Source of the DNA: Opitutia bacterium
GTDB lineage: Bacteria; Verrucomicrobiota; Verrucomicrobiia; Opitutales; Opitutaceae
Length of the DNA: 64,000 bases
Assembly (NCBI GenBank): GCA_947478395.1
Contig: CANJVR010000002.1
Span: forward strand, 384,001-448,000
Direction: 5' to 3'
Shown: positions 37,320 through 48,355 of the stretch, in pieces
Layout: each line of letters opens with the position of its first letter
Position numbering within the stretch: the stretch's first letter is position 1
The notes under the pieces: model-generated
Seen by the model: only the letters and a program-made list of their open reading frames with translations
The model's database searches: none
What the model was told of the DNA's origin: nothing
Translations under genes and position numbers: made by a program

Positions 37320-40300
37320 ATGCCCTACGTCGAACTTCACGCCCGCAGCGCTTTCAGTTTTCTCCGGGGTGGTTCCATTCCCGAAGATCTGATCCAGGCT
37401 GCGCTCGAGGCTGGCCTGCCCGCCGTCGCCCTGCTCGATCGCGATGGGCTCTACGGCGCGCCGCGATTTTACGGCCATGCGCACGAAAATAAATTCGCCG
37501 TGACTCCGCGCGTTGGCGCCGAAATCACGATGGAAGATGGCAGCGTCGTTCCGTTGCTCGTCGCCACGCGCACGGGTTATCAAAATCTCTGCCAGCTCAT
37601 CACCGAGGCAAAATTCACGCCCCGTGCCCCCGGGACCGATCCGGCTTCGAGCGAACGCAAACGACCGTGCTTCGCCACGTGGGCCGAACTCGCGCGTTTT
37701 TCCGAGGGCCTGATCGCCCTCACGGGCGACGAAGAAGGTCCGGTCCGCCGCGCCTGGCAAACGCAAGGTTCCGCCGCTGCCGCCAACGCCCTCGATCATC
37801 TCACCGCGATTTTCGGCGCCGACTCCGACCCATCGCGCGCCCGACTCTTCGTCGAAGTCCAACGTCACCGCCGCCGCGGCGAAGAGCAGGAAGTCGCGTT
37901 CCTCCGCGATCTCGCGTCCGCGCGCCGTCTGCCGTTGCTCGCCACCGGCGGCGTGAATTACGCGCATCCCGCCCACCGCATTGTGGCCGACGTTTTCACC
38001 TGTCTGCGTCTGCACACCACGCTCGACGCCGCGGGCCGCCGCCTCGAGGTCAACGCCCAGCGTTACCTGAAATCCGCCGCCCTCATGCAGGCGCTCTTCG
38101 CCGATCTGCCGGACGCGCTGGAAAATACTGGCCGCCTTGAAAGCCGAATCGAGTTCACGCTGCAGCAACTGGGCTACGAGTTCCCCAGCTATCCGACGGT
38201 CGATGGCGAAACCATGGATCAGTTGCTCCGTCGCGTCACCTACGAGGCTGCACGCAAAAAAGTCGGCGCGTTGTCGACCCGCTGGACCGATCAGCTCGAA
38301 AAAGAGCTGGCGCTCATCCAGAAGCTGAAATTCTCCGGCTATTTTTTGATCGTTTGGGACATCTGCCAGTGGGCCCGCGAGCAGCGCATCCTGGTGCAGG
38401 GCCGGGGCAGCGCCGCCAACAGTGCCGTCTGCTACGTGCTCGGTATCACCGCGGTCGATCCCATTAAAAACCGCCTGCTCTTCGAACGGTTTCTCAACGA
38501 CAGCCGCGTCGGTCCCGATGGCCATCCTTCCTGGCCGGACATCGATCTGGATTTTCCGAGCGGCGAACGCCGCGAGTCGGTCATCCAGGAAGTTTACCAA
38601 CGCTACGGCCGGCGTGGCGCCGCCATGACCGCCAACGTCATCACCTATCGCGGTCGCAGCATTGTGCGTGAAGTTGGAAAAGTCCTCGGCTTCGGCGCAG
38701 ACGCGCTCGACCGTTTTTCCAGCCTCTACGCCAGCGGCGATTTCCCCCCAACGATCGAACTCAAAAAACAGCTCGCGATGTCCGGCATCGCCGCCGAGCA
38801 CCCGCGCGCCGAGGCGATGGCGCGCCTGCATCAATTTTTCAGCCGCGGACTCCCACGTCACCTCGGCCAGCATTCCGGCGGCATGGTTATCTGCCGCGGT
38901 CAGCTGGACCGGGTCGTACCTTTGGAACCCGCCACCATGCCCGACCGCAGCGTTTGCCAGTGGGACAAGGACGACTGCGAAAATCTCGGCATCGTAAAAA
39001 TCGATTTTCTCGGTCTCGGCATGATGGCCACAATGCAGGATACGATCGAGCTCTGCGCGGCCCGCGGCGACAAAACCATCCGCGCCCTCAGCGATATTCC
39101 GCCCGACGATGCGGAGACCTACGAAAAAATCCGCGCCGCCGACACCGTCGGTGTTTTTCAAATCGAGAGCCGCGCGCAAATGGCGACGCTCCCGCGGTTC
39201 AAGCCGCGCAATCTCTACGATCTCGCCATGCAGGTCGCGATCGTGCGCCCCGGACCGATCACCGGCGAGCTCGTCCATCCTCTCATCCGGCGCCGCGAAG
39301 GCTTGGAAAAACCCGACTACATCGACCCCAGCGTCGAGCACATCGTAAAACCCATCCTCGAACGCACGTGCGGTGTGATTCTTTTCCAGGAGCAGCTCCT
39401 GCAACTGGCCATCGAGCTCGCCAAATTTTCCGGCGGCGAGGCCGAACAGCTCCGTCGCGCGATGGGTTTCACTAAGGATCCCTCCCGTTTACCTACATGC
39501 ATGGGAAAACTCGCTGCCGCATTGCGCCGGCAGGGCCACGCGGAGCACGTCGTCGAAAAAGTCGTCCGTGCGACCGCGACATTTTCCGCTTACGGCTTCC
39601 CCGAATCCCACGCCATCGGTTTTGCCATGCTGGCCTACGGCAGCACGTGGCTGAAAATTCACCGGCCAGCCGAATTTTTAGCGAGCCTGCTCAACAACCA
39701 GCCGATGGGATTTTACTCGCCCGCCACCTTGCTGCAGGACGGACGCCGCCATGGCGTGACCGCCCAGCCCGTTTGTGTGGCCGCCTCGCAATGGGACTGC
39801 ACCGTCATCGAAGCTAGGACCATCCGAATCGGCCTGCGCTACGTCAAAGGCGTGCGCCAATCGGCCGTCACCGCCCTGCTCGCTGCGCGCGATGATCGCG
39901 CCTTCGCGTCGATGGACGATTTTCTCCGACGCACCGACTTCACCGCCACCGAACGCCGCGCTCTCGCCGCGGTTGGCGCCTTGGCCGCGATCACGCACGA
40001 CCGCCGCGATGCGCTGTGGAAAGTCGAGGCCGCGTGGTCCGACGACGAAAGTCTCTTCAAGCAATTCGCGGTGGCGGAAGACGAGCCCTCGCCGCTGGCC
40101 GCGATGTCGGTGGCCGAACAGCTCACCGCCGATTTCGCCGGGCTGAACCTCACCGTCGGCGCGCATCCGATGGCGTTGTTGCGTCCCGGCCTCACGGGGA
40201 TTTGTCGCGCAGGGGATCTGGTGCACAAAAAAACCGGCGATCGCGTCACGATCGCGGGCTCGGTCATTTGCCGTCAACGCCCTGGCACCGCCAAAGGTTT

Positions 40301-40517
40301 TGTCTTCATCAGCCTCGAAGACGAAACCGGTGTCGCCAACGCCGTCGTCGTCCCGTCGTTGTTCGAAAAACTGCGGCTGGTCATCACGCAGGAGGCGGCG
40401 CTGCGCATCACGGGGTTCGTGCAAAACGTGGCACATGTGATTCACGTCAAAGCCTACCAGATCGAGCCGCTCCGCGCCGCCGATCTGCCCGCGCAGGCCT
40501 CGCATGATTTTCACTGA
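37320..40517 (+). CDS. dnaE2: Error-prone DNA polymerase DnaE2
   Basis: YVELHARSAFSFL PHP, GRGSAANS, PDIDLDF, HLGQHSGG, KIDFLGL, YGFPESHA, RQRPGTAKG, C-terminal SHDFH. Confidence 0.97.
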   Translation: MPYVELHARSAFSFLRGGSIPEDLIQAALEAGLPAVALLDRDGLYGAPRFYGHAHENKFAVTPRVGAEITMEDGSVVPLLVATRTGYQNLCQLITEAKFTPRAPGTDPASSERKRPCFATWAELARFSEGLIALTGDEEGPVRRAWQTQGSAAAANALDHLTAIFGADSDPSRARLFVEVQRHRRRGEEQEVAFLRDLASARRLPLLATGGVNYAHPAHRIVADVFTCLRLHTTLDAAGRRLEVNAQRYLKSAALMQALFADLPDALENTGRLESRIEFTLQQLGYEFPSYPTVDGETMDQLLRRVTYEAARKKVGALSTRWTDQLEKELALIQKLKFSGYFLIVWDICQWAREQRILVQGRGSAANSAVCYVLGITAVDPIKNRLLFERFLNDSRVGPDGHPSWPDIDLDFPSGERRESVIQEVYQRYGRRGAAMTANVITYRGRSIVREVGKVLGFGADALDRFSSLYASGDFPPTIELKKQLAMSGIAAEHPRAEAMARLHQFFSRGLPRHLGQHSGGMVICRGQLDRVVPLEPATMPDRSVCQWDKDDCENLGIVKIDFLGLGMMATMQDTIELCAARGDKTIRALSDIPPDDAETYEKIRAADTVGVFQIESRAQMATLPRFKPRNLYDLAMQVAIVRPGPITGELVHPLIRRREGLEKPDYIDPSVEHIVKPILERTCGVILFQEQLLQLAIELAKFSGGEAEQLRRAMGFTKDPSRLPTCMGKLAAALRRQGHAEHVVEKVVRATATFSAYGFPESHAIGFAMLAYGSTWLKIHRPAEFLASLLNNQPMGFYSPATLLQDGRRHGVTAQPVCVAASQWDCTVIEARTIRIGLRYVKGVRQSAVTALLAARDDRAFASMDDFLRRTDFTATERRALAAVGALAAITHDRRDALWKVEAAWSDDESLFKQFAVAEDEPSPLAAMSVAEQLTADFAGLNLTVGAHPMALLRPGLTGICRAGDLVHKKTGDRVTIAGSVICRQRPGTAKGFVFISLEDETGVANAVVVPSLFEKLRLVITQEAALRITGFVQNVAHVIHVKAYQIEPLRAADLPAQASHDFH

Positions 40518-40584
40518 GCGGACCGGACTAGCGCGGCGCTTCAGCCCGCGACTTCGCTCCCGGAACTCGGGCGGACGACTCGCC

Positions 40585-41688
40585 CTACTTCGCCTGCCGT
40601 CTGAGCTCAGCGTGATTGATTTTTCCCTGCGCGTTGCGCGGCCATTCGGCAATCGCGACAAATCGTTTGGGCCGCTGAAACCCCGCCAGGCCCGCGATCG
40701 ATTTCTCGAAATTCGGCGTCCGCTCTGTCGCGGGATAACAGGCCACCACCGTCTCACCCCACTCCGCGTCCGGCACGCCGATCACCGCCACGTCTGAAAA
40801 CTCGCCGCTCGCCCGCAACGCCGCCTCGACTTCGGCGGGCTGCACTTTTTTTCCGCCGGTGATGATCACCGCGTCACGACGTCCCGAGACGTGCAGATGG
40901 CCGCGCGCATCGAAATAGCCGAGGTCCTCGGTCACAAATTCGCGGGTGGTCGACGCCTCCGGCCAGTAGCCGCGAAAGACCGATTCGCCTGCGACTCGCA
41001 CCACATCCGGACCCAAATCGATGCGCGCATGCGGCAACGGCGCACCGGAACTGCGCGCCCCCGCCAGAAATTCCTCCGGACGCAGCGCCGCCACCATCGC
41101 GGCCGTTTCCGTCATGCCATACGAGAGCGAGACCCGCAGCTCCGCCTTGGCCGCAGCTTCGGCCAGCGCGGGCCACACCGGCCCGCCGCCAATGAAAATC
41201 GTCGCAAACCTTCGCAGCCACGCCGTCGCCTCTTCCGACGCGAGCAAGCGCTGCAGCTGCGTCGGCACGAGCGATATCACCCAACTCTCGCCCTGTGCGA
41301 TTGGGGGCCGGGAACCCGCTTCAAGTTGCTTCCAATCCCACGCCACATGTTGACCGCCCGTTGCGGCACATCGCACGCGCGCCATCAATCCGCTCACGTG
41401 GTACGCCGGCAAAACATCCACGGCGTTCACGCGCTCAAATTCGAAGTGCGCGCGAAATCCTTCCACGGCCGCGGTCAACGTGTGTTCGTCATGCCGTGCA
41501 AATTTCAAACCACCGCTGGAGCCGCCCGTGGCAACGCAGAGCCAGCCGTCGGTGATTTCAGATTGCCGGCCTGCGATTTGCGGACGCGCCGAGGATCCCA
41601 AGGAGGGGTCGAACAGGAAAAATAAACCTCCGCGTTCCTCGCCGCAGCCCGTCGCGCGCAGCACCGCGATCAACTCAGCGCGTTCCAT
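40585..41688 (-). CDS. menE: o-succinylbenzoate-CoA ligase (short form)
   Basis: TGGSSGGLK AMP-binding, SLVPTQL, SYGMTET, TEDLG, GRRD..IITGG, RNAQGK; downstream of menC. Confidence 0.85.
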   Translation of the reverse strand: MERAELIAVLRATGCGEERGGLFFLFDPSLGSSARPQIAGRQSEITDGWLCVATGGSSGGLKFARHDEHTLTAAVEGFRAHFEFERVNAVDVLPAYHVSGLMARVRCAATGGQHVAWDWKQLEAGSRPPIAQGESWVISLVPTQLQRLLASEEATAWLRRFATIFIGGGPVWPALAEAAAKAELRVSLSYGMTETAAMVAALRPEEFLAGARSSGAPLPHARIDLGPDVVRVAGESVFRGYWPEASTTREFVTEDLGYFDARGHLHVSGRRDAVIITGGKKVQPAEVEAALRASGEFSDVAVIGVPDAEWGETVVACYPATERTPNFEKSIAGLAGFQRPKRFVAIAEWPRNAQGKINHAELRRQAK

Positions 41689-42731
41689 ACGGCCTCCGTG
41701 TCGATTCGCTCCATATCTTCACGGCGCAAAAAAGGCGCGAGGTAGGGCCCATCGTTTCGCGCATTCTCAAACAGCGGCCACACCCCGAATCCGAGCGCGC
41801 GGTCGCCCGGCCACGCAAACGCCCACTGCAACGCGGCGCGTGCGCCCACGGCGGTTTCCAGCGCCGACGAAAACACCACGTCGGCTTTCGCGTGTTTTAA
41901 CTTTGCCATGATGCCCGCGACGTCGCCGAACAACGCGGGCTTAACGACATAGATTCCCGGCCAGCCTGCCCCGATCCAGCGTTCCGCGTCCCCCTCGCTG
42001 ACCAGCGATTCATCGAGCGCGATCGGCGTCGGAAAACTTTCCGCCAATCCCCGCAAAAGATCGTCGGCCTTTTGTCGCTGAGCCGCTCCCTGCGAAGGTG
42101 CAGCGAAGGAGGGTTGTTCCAGAAATTCCACGGGGCGTTCCGCGCAGCGCTCGAGCCAGCGCTCCGCGCGCTTCCGATCCAAAGCGCCGTTCGCATCGAG
42201 CCGCAACTTCGCGCCTTCCGGCAGCGCGGCACACACGTCATCCAACAAACTCAGTTCATCCGCCACGTCGCCGACGCCGATTTTCCATTTGAAAATTCGG
42301 AAGCCAGCTTCGGCCTTCGGTTCGATGGCGGCTAGCACTGCGCGCCCGGCCGGGAGCAGCGCCGCCACGCCGAGGTAGGATGCGTTATGCACCGTTCCAC
42401 TTGGTCGCGCCTCACTTTCCAGGTCCGTTTTGGCTTTTATTTCCGCCTGCGCTGCCGCGATGGCGTTTCGAAAACACGGCAACGCCGCCGGTAGGCGCGC
42501 CAGCCGTTCTTCGTCCAGCCACTCGCCCAAGTCACGCGCGGCCACCTCGCCCGCGTCGACCGTTTCGGTCCCAAACCACGGTATCATCGCCGCCTCGCCC
42601 AACCCGGTTCGGCCCGACTCATCCGTCAACCGCACGATCAATCCCTCCCGCTCGGCCCAGAGGCCGTGGGCCGTCCGCACCACCGCCCGAAACGGCAGGC
42701 GGTAACGGTGAAATTGAAACCGATATTTCAT
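41670..42731 (-). CDS. menC: o-succinylbenzoate synthase
   Basis: FKWKIG, LRLDANG, FLEQP, IALDES, VVKP, SSALET enolase-superfamily motifs. Confidence 0.9.
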   Translation of the reverse strand: MKYRFQFHRYRLPFRAVVRTAHGLWAEREGLIVRLTDESGRTGLGEAAMIPWFGTETVDAGEVAARDLGEWLDEERLARLPAALPCFRNAIAAAQAEIKAKTDLESEARPSGTVHNASYLGVAALLPAGRAVLAAIEPKAEAGFRIFKWKIGVGDVADELSLLDDVCAALPEGAKLRLDANGALDRKRAERWLERCAERPVEFLEQPSFAAPSQGAAQRQKADDLLRGLAESFPTPIALDESLVSEGDAERWIGAGWPGIYVVKPALFGDVAGIMAKLKHAKADVVFSSALETAVGARAALQWAFAWPGDRALGFGVWPLFENARNDGPYLAPFLRREDMERIDTEAVWNALS

Positions 42732-43061
42732 GGACGAATTTACAGGGGACGCCGAGACGGTGAAGAAATCAAATCCACAAACGTAGCACGGCCCTCCCGC
42801 CCGCGAGTTAGATTTTAACTTCGCGCCTTCGAGAAAGCGGGCGATCGGGAAAAGTCCACACGGGTATCGCGCAAGACCTAGGCCACAGAACCTGCAGAGA
42901 AAAGCAGTACGCTGCTCTCTGGGAACTCGGGGTCCTTCCTCCGCCCGCGCAGGGACACAAAATCTCCCGAAGAGCGCCATCCAGAGGTTTGAAGCTGCGC
43001 ACTACTTCAGATCAACACCGACTTTATATTTGCCCTTGGTCCGCGCCGGCCTACTCCGTTC

Positions 43062-44648
43062 ATGGCAACCATGACACCGGTTGCTAAGCCTTCCACCGCC
43101 TCGGCGGATACTGAGTTCTATTTGCCGGCCGACGCTTTTTTTCGGGCCAATCTGCCGACGGCGCTGACGTTCGACGACGTTTCCCTCGCCACCCTGCACT
43201 CGGAAATATTGCCCAAAGACGCCGATACCGCGACGAGTCTCTCGGACTCTCTCCGGCTGCACATTCCGATCATCTCGGCGGACATGGACACCGTGACGGA
43301 ATCGCGCATGGCGATCGGCATGGCGCTCAACGGCGGCCTCGGACTCATCCATTACAACATGCCGTCGAAGGAGCAGGTGAAGGAAGTCGCCCGCGTGAAG
43401 CGCCACATCCACGGCCTCATTCAAGATCCGATCACCGTCACGCCGGACCAACTTATCGCCGATTTGCTTTCGATGATCGACGCCAAGCGTTTCGCGTTTT
43501 CCACGTTTCCCGTCGTCGACGCCAATGGCCGCCTCGCCGGGCTACTTTCGGGCAATGTCGTAAAAGACCGCTATAAATCGAAACGCGTCTCCGAAGTCAT
43601 GACGCCGCGGGCGCAGCTTATCACCGAGCTCGAGAGTGCGGCGGCGCAAGATCCGATCGTGGCAGCGGACCGATTTTTTACCGCGAATGTCGGAATCAAC
43701 AAGATGCTCGTCGTCGATCGCGATGACCGCCTGCGCGGCCTCATCACCGCCTCGGACGTCGAGCGCATCACGAGCGAGGCGAAAGCCCGCCGCAAACCCG
43801 CGCGCGATTCCCAGTTCCGTCTGGTCGTCGGAGCCGCTCTTTCGCCGGTGCGCAAGCCCGACGGCACGCTCGATCGTGACAAAATCATCGATCACGTCGG
43901 TCACCTCGTCGACGAAAGCATCGACGCCGTCGCCGTTTCCACCGCCCACGGTCACACCTCGGGCGTGGGCGAGATGGTGCGCCTCGTGCGCGATTCATTT
44001 CCCGCGCTGACCATTATCGCAGGCAACGTCACGAGTGCCGGCGGCGTGGAGTTCCTCGCCGATTGTGGCGCCAACGCCGTCAAGATCGGCCAGGGTCCGG
44101 GCTCGATTTGCACCACGCGCATCGTCGCGGGCGTCGGCATTCCGCAACTCACGGCCCTCTACGTCGCCAGTACGGCGGCCAAAAACAAAAATGTGAAGCT
44201 CCTCGCGGATGGCGGCATCACCAAATCCGGCGACATCGTGAAAGCGCTCACGCTCGCCGACGCCGTGATCTGCGGCGGACTCCTCGCCGGTTGCCGCGAA
44301 GCACCGGGCGAAATCATGGAGATCAGCGGCAAGACCTATAAACAGTACCGCGGGATGGGCAGCCTCTCCGCGATGAAAGCTGGCAGCGCGGCTCGCTACG
44401 GCCACGACAAGGACGACAAAGTCCGTAAGGTCGCGGCGGAGGGCATCGAAGCGTTGAAAGAAGTGAGCGGTTATCTGGACGATACGATCGACACGCTGAT
44501 TGGTGGCGTGCAAAGCGGCATGGGCTACCTTGGCGCGCCGACGCTGGCCGCGCTCCGAGCGAAGGCTCGCTACATTCGGGTGAGCCCAGCTGGCCAGAAA
44601 GAGGCCGCGCCGCACGACGTAGTCGAAGTGTCGACGCGCAAGAACTAG
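43062..44648 (+). CDS. guaB: IMP dehydrogenase with CBS pair
   Basis: [47 protein letters not shown]. Confidence 0.97.
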   Translation: MATMTPVAKPSTASADTEFYLPADAFFRANLPTALTFDDVSLATLHSEILPKDADTATSLSDSLRLHIPIISADMDTVTESRMAIGMALNGGLGLIHYNMPSKEQVKEVARVKRHIHGLIQDPITVTPDQLIADLLSMIDAKRFAFSTFPVVDANGRLAGLLSGNVVKDRYKSKRVSEVMTPRAQLITELESAAAQDPIVAADRFFTANVGINKMLVVDRDDRLRGLITASDVERITSEAKARRKPARDSQFRLVVGAALSPVRKPDGTLDRDKIIDHVGHLVDESIDAVAVSTAHGHTSGVGEMVRLVRDSFPALTIIAGNVTSAGGVEFLADCGANAVKIGQGPGSICTTRIVAGVGIPQLTALYVASTAAKNKNVKLLADGGITKSGDIVKALTLADAVICGGLLAGCREAPGEIMEISGKTYKQYRGMGSLSAMKAGSAARYGHDKDDKVRKVAAEGIEALKEVSGYLDDTIDTLIGGVQSGMGYLGAPTLAALRAKARYIRVSPAGQKEAAPHDVVEVSTRKN

Positions 44649-44650
44649 TC

Positions 44651-44760
44651 GAGAAACCTTGAACCGGTGAAATCCGGAAATTGAGAAACGGAAAAATCCT
44701 GTCTCCAGGATCCTGGTTTCACCCGTTTCAATATTTCACTCGTTTCAATGTTTTCGGTTT
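44651..44760. repeat. Inverted ~8-nt periodic repeat (GAAA arms / TTTCA arms) between convergent genes
   Basis: GAGAAA..TGAA..TGAAA..GGAAA..GAGAAA..GGAAAA | GTTTCA..GTTTCA..ATTTCA..GTTTCA..GTTTTC. Confidence 0.55.
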
Positions 44761-44762
44761 AA

Positions 44763-45509
44763 TCACCCGCGGCCCACGTACGGCATCTGCGTCGCCATCA
44801 CCGTCATCGTGAAGACATTCGCGTCGAGCGGCAGTCCGGCCATATAAAGCACCGCGTTGGCGATGTGTTTCACGTCGATGGTGGGCTCCGCCGCGATCGT
44901 GCCGTTTGCCTGCGGTACGCCTTTTTTCATGCGACCGGTCAGCGGCGTGTCGGCGTTGCCGATGTCGATTTGGCCGCACGCGATTTCATACGGCCGGCCG
45001 TCCAGCGCCAGCGACTTCGTCAGTCCGGTGATGGCGTGCTTGGCCGAGGTGTAAGGCGCGGAGTTCGGTCGCGGCACGTGCGCGGAAATGGACCCGTTGT
45101 TGATGATGCGGCCGCCGCGCGGCTGCTGTGTTTTCATCAGGCGGAATGCACCCTGAGCACATAAAAATGCGCCGGTGAGATTCGTATCGATCACGTTGCG
45201 CCACTGCTCGATTGTTAGGTCTTCGAAGGCTCCCGGCGGCGAGCTTACACCGGCGTTGTTGAACAAGACATCGAGCCGGCCAAAGACGGCGTGGACCTTG
45301 GCGAACAGCGCGCGCACCTCGACCGTATCAGTGATATTGGTTGGCACCGCGAGCACGCGGTCCGCCGGTGCACCGGACTCGCGCGCCACCGCTTCGAGCA
45401 GTTCGGCGCGGCGGCCGACGAGGACAACGGCATAGCCGGCACCAAGCAACCCGAGGGCGGTGGCACGGCCAATTCCTGATCCAGCGCCAGTAACGAGCGC
45501 GATTTTCAT
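44763..45509 (-). CDS. Short-chain dehydrogenase/reductase
   Basis: [26 protein letters not shown]. Confidence 0.93.
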   Translation of the reverse strand: MKIALVTGAGSGIGRATALGLLGAGYAVVLVGRRAELLEAVARESGAPADRVLAVPTNITDTVEVRALFAKVHAVFGRLDVLFNNAGVSSPPGAFEDLTIEQWRNVIDTNLTGAFLCAQGAFRLMKTQQPRGGRIINNGSISAHVPRPNSAPYTSAKHAITGLTKSLALDGRPYEIACGQIDIGNADTPLTGRMKKGVPQANGTIAAEPTIDVKHIANAVLYMAGLPLDANVFTMTVMATQMPYVGRG

Positions 45510-45688
45510 AGGGGTTTGCACCCCGCCAACTTTGCAACGGCGCACAAGCTCGGCGAGCCGTTTTGTTTTTAGCCGCGAAATTCCGGCGGAAGGTTTAGTT
45601 TCAGACGCGAGCGCCTTGCGAGTTTCCATTCCCGGTGCGATTACAGTTGGCCGACGCGAATAATGCGTGCCACGGTGTCGTCGCCGAT

Positions 45689-46645
45689 ATGATTTCCCCG
45701 GCCGGAATTTTTGCGGGCTTCCTCGTTCTAGCTGCCATCGGCGGCACGGTCCGGGCTCAGCCCGACACCGACGGCGAAGGATCGCTGGCGCGAATGGAAG
45801 GCGGTCGCTACGTTGATGAAAATACGGTGCGAACAGCCCGCGAAACACTGTCGCACAGCGTCACGCTCCCCGAGTGGAAAAACCCGGGCGGCTTCGAGCA
45901 GGACGTGTTCACCTTTGCGCGTATTATATTTTGGTCAGACCCTTCGCGCCCCACTGAACGCGGCGGCTTTCGGGGCGGCATGGGGGGCTTTGGTCGCCGG
46001 GGCTGGGTTGTCGACTATCCGGATGCGGATCTGAATTTTTCCCACCGCCTGCAACAGCTCACCTCCATGAAGGTCGATCCGGATGCGCGCGTGCTCAAAC
46101 TGACGAGCCCCGATCTGGCCAAGTATCCGTTCATTTATATGGAGCACATCGAGCGCCTGGCGCTGCGGCCGCCGGAGATTTCAGCGCTGCGCAACTATCT
46201 TCAAAACGGCGGCGTGCTGTTGGTAAACGATTTCTGGGGCGCGATGGCCTGGCGAAACTTACAAGCGGAAATCGGCAAAGTATTGCCCGGGCGGACGTGG
46301 ACGGAGCTGACGATGGCGCACCCTCTTTTCCACTGCGTTTTCAACCTGCGTGGTCCCTTGAACAGCCTGCGCGTGCCGTCGATGCAGCGCTGGAACATGG
46401 ACTACGATCCTAACGATCCAACTGCGAACCCCACGGCCAGTTTTCGGGGTGAAGGCTACGAAACGATGCACGTGCAGGCACTGCTCGACGAGCGGCAGCG
46501 CATCGTCGTACTCGCCATTCACAATTCTGACATCAGCGACGGATGGGAACGCGAGGGCGAGTACGCCGACTACTTCAAAATGTTTTCCGAGGCCCGCGCC
46601 TATCCGCTCGGGATCAATATTATTTTCTATCTGATGACTCACTGA
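45689..46645 (+). CDS. DUF4159 domain exported protein
   Basis: FTFARI, W..DYPDAD.N, YPFIYM, LRNYL.NGG.L...[24 protein letters not shown]. Confidence 0.85.
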   Translation: MISPAGIFAGFLVLAAIGGTVRAQPDTDGEGSLARMEGGRYVDENTVRTARETLSHSVTLPEWKNPGGFEQDVFTFARIIFWSDPSRPTERGGFRGGMGGFGRRGWVVDYPDADLNFSHRLQQLTSMKVDPDARVLKLTSPDLAKYPFIYMEHIERLALRPPEISALRNYLQNGGVLLVNDFWGAMAWRNLQAEIGKVLPGRTWTELTMAHPLFHCVFNLRGPLNSLRVPSMQRWNMDYDPNDPTANPTASFRGEGYETMHVQALLDERQRIVVLAIHNSDISDGWEREGEYADYFKMFSEARAYPLGINIIFYLMTH

Positions 46646-46865
46646 GGAAAGACGCGAAATGGTTTTCGTAGGCGAGGTCGCCCGCGCGCGGGCCGGCCTG
46701 CTACAACCGGTCGGCGGTCATGGCGAAACGCGCACCGCGCAGTGAAATGGAATGAGCGCCGGCGTACTCTAGTTCAGGGAAACTGCCATGGGTCCGGCGC
46801 CATTTTACATTCGCCGTTGAAACGCTCACGCGGTCTGGCAACAACGCCTTGCTCACCCCTGCCCT

Positions 46866-47978
46866 ATGATCACCCGAAAAATATTCGCTGCCTGCACGTT
46901 CGCTTTCGCCGGTCTCGCGGCCGTCGCCGCTTCCGTTTTCGCGGCTGACGTGGTGCCGGCCCGACCGGTGCCCAACGATCCTGCGGCGCTGGTGCCCAAC
47001 CCTCATTTTCGCGGCGGCCCGGCGAGTGCTGCCGATCTCGCGGAGATGGCTAAGCTGGCGGACCTGCCGCCGTACGTGGCGAGCAAGGGCGACGGCGATT
47101 TCATCCTGAAGCCACCCTACGCGAATGCCCTCGAGCAAACCGCGCGCGCCGATGTGCCGAAGGGCCGCGTGGAGCAATTCACGATGAATCTGGCCGACAG
47201 TAAATTCTATCCCGACACCGGCCTGCGTGACACCAAGCCAACGCGTGCAGTTACGGTTTACATTCCGGCCCAATACGTCCCGGGCACAGCCGCGCCCTTG
47301 CTCGTCACCCACGATGCGATGGGATCGCGCAACAATCAGCTGCCAACAATCCTCGACAACATGATCGCGGACAAACGCGTGCCCGCCATGATCGCCGTAA
47401 TGGTTATGCATGGCGGCGGCGATGGCGTCGGCAGCGAGCGCGGATTCGAGTACGACAGCGTGTCCGCGAAGTACGCTGAGTTTATCGAGGCGGAAGTATT
47501 ACCGCGAGTGGAGCGCGACTATCACGTCAAGTTCACCAAGGATCCCGAAGGTCGCGCCACGATGGGCGGCAGTTCGGGCGGGGCGGTGGCGTTCACGATG
47601 GCGTGGTTCCGTCCAGATCTGTATCACCGCGTGTTGACGTTTTCCGGCACCTACACGAACAACCAATCGGTCAAGGACCCCAGCCTGCCCCATGGCGCGT
47701 GGGAATATCACGAGAACCTCATTCCGAAGGCAGCTCGCAAGCCCATCCGCCTTTGGATGGAAGTCGGCCAAAACGACAACGGCTCGGTCAATGCATCCGC
47801 TGATTTCCACAACTGGGTGATCGCCAACCAGCGCATGGCCGTCGCACTCAAAGCGAAGGGGTACCACTATCAGTTGGTTTATGCGCTGGGGGCCGGTCAC
47901 ACGGACGGCAAAGTAATCGCCCAAACCCTGCCACAAGCACTGGAGTGGACATGGCAGGGCTATCAGCCGGCGAAGTGA
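46866..47978 (+). CDS. Secreted alpha/beta hydrolase (Fes/enterochelin esterase-like)
   Basis: Signal peptide; VYIPAQY, SERGFEYD, GGSSGG nucleophile elbow, GAGH. Confidence 0.88.
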   Translation: MITRKIFAACTFAFAGLAAVAASVFAADVVPARPVPNDPAALVPNPHFRGGPASAADLAEMAKLADLPPYVASKGDGDFILKPPYANALEQTARADVPKGRVEQFTMNLADSKFYPDTGLRDTKPTRAVTVYIPAQYVPGTAAPLLVTHDAMGSRNNQLPTILDNMIADKRVPAMIAVMVMHGGGDGVGSERGFEYDSVSAKYAEFIEAEVLPRVERDYHVKFTKDPEGRATMGGSSGGAVAFTMAWFRPDLYHRVLTFSGTYTNNQSVKDPSLPHGAWEYHENLIPKAARKPIRLWMEVGQNDNGSVNASADFHNWVIANQRMAVALKAKGYHYQLVYALGAGHTDGKVIAQTLPQALEWTWQGYQPAK

Positions 47979-48355
47979 GCAGACACGAACGACGAACCAA
48001 CCGTCCAAGATAACTCGGAGCGTTGCGCGCGAGACGAAGGACGCGCAATCGAGAGCGAGATTTAAGTAAGTGCGTAGCCCGGTGCGTTCTCGCACCTTTC
48101 GGCGCTCGGAGGCGGACTGACGCACCTTAATCTGAAGCGCATCGGACCGGCCATGATATCAGTGCGTTCGTGCCCGTTCCCGTGCGGCTCGTGCCGCCGC
48201 TGAATCTCTCGCGCGATCCCGGTTCCACTTCTTGACAAGTGCACGGCCCGCTCGTGCTGTAATTGCTGCCCCTCGCTTCCGCGAATCCCCCTAGGTTGCG
48301 CGCTTTTTCTCTCCGACGACGAGCCGTTGCCTGACCTCACATTTCTGCGTTTATC

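Noticed and set aside
37176..39404. 742-aa antisense ORF over dnaE2, and similar long antisense ORFs over dxs, amt, M42, ilvC, asd and GH28
   Set aside because: Shadow ORFs expected from high-GC codon bias; no recognisable motifs and fully overlapping well-supported genes
42840..42990. RNase P RNA (GGAAAAGTCC, CCACAGAA and AAGAGCGC fragments)
   Set aside because: Fragments are imperfect and too compressed, and the 3' P4 strand (ACAGAA.CCGGCTTA) is missing at the expected position
45955..46005. RGG-rich segment in DUF4159 (and GRGGRGG in DUF1592) as RNA-binding motif
   Set aside because: Both proteins appear exported; short Gly/Arg low-complexity loops are more simply flexible linkers
46836..46853. 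Sigma54 promoter TGGCA...TTGCT before the esterase
   Set aside because: GG-to-GC spacing is 12, not the required 10
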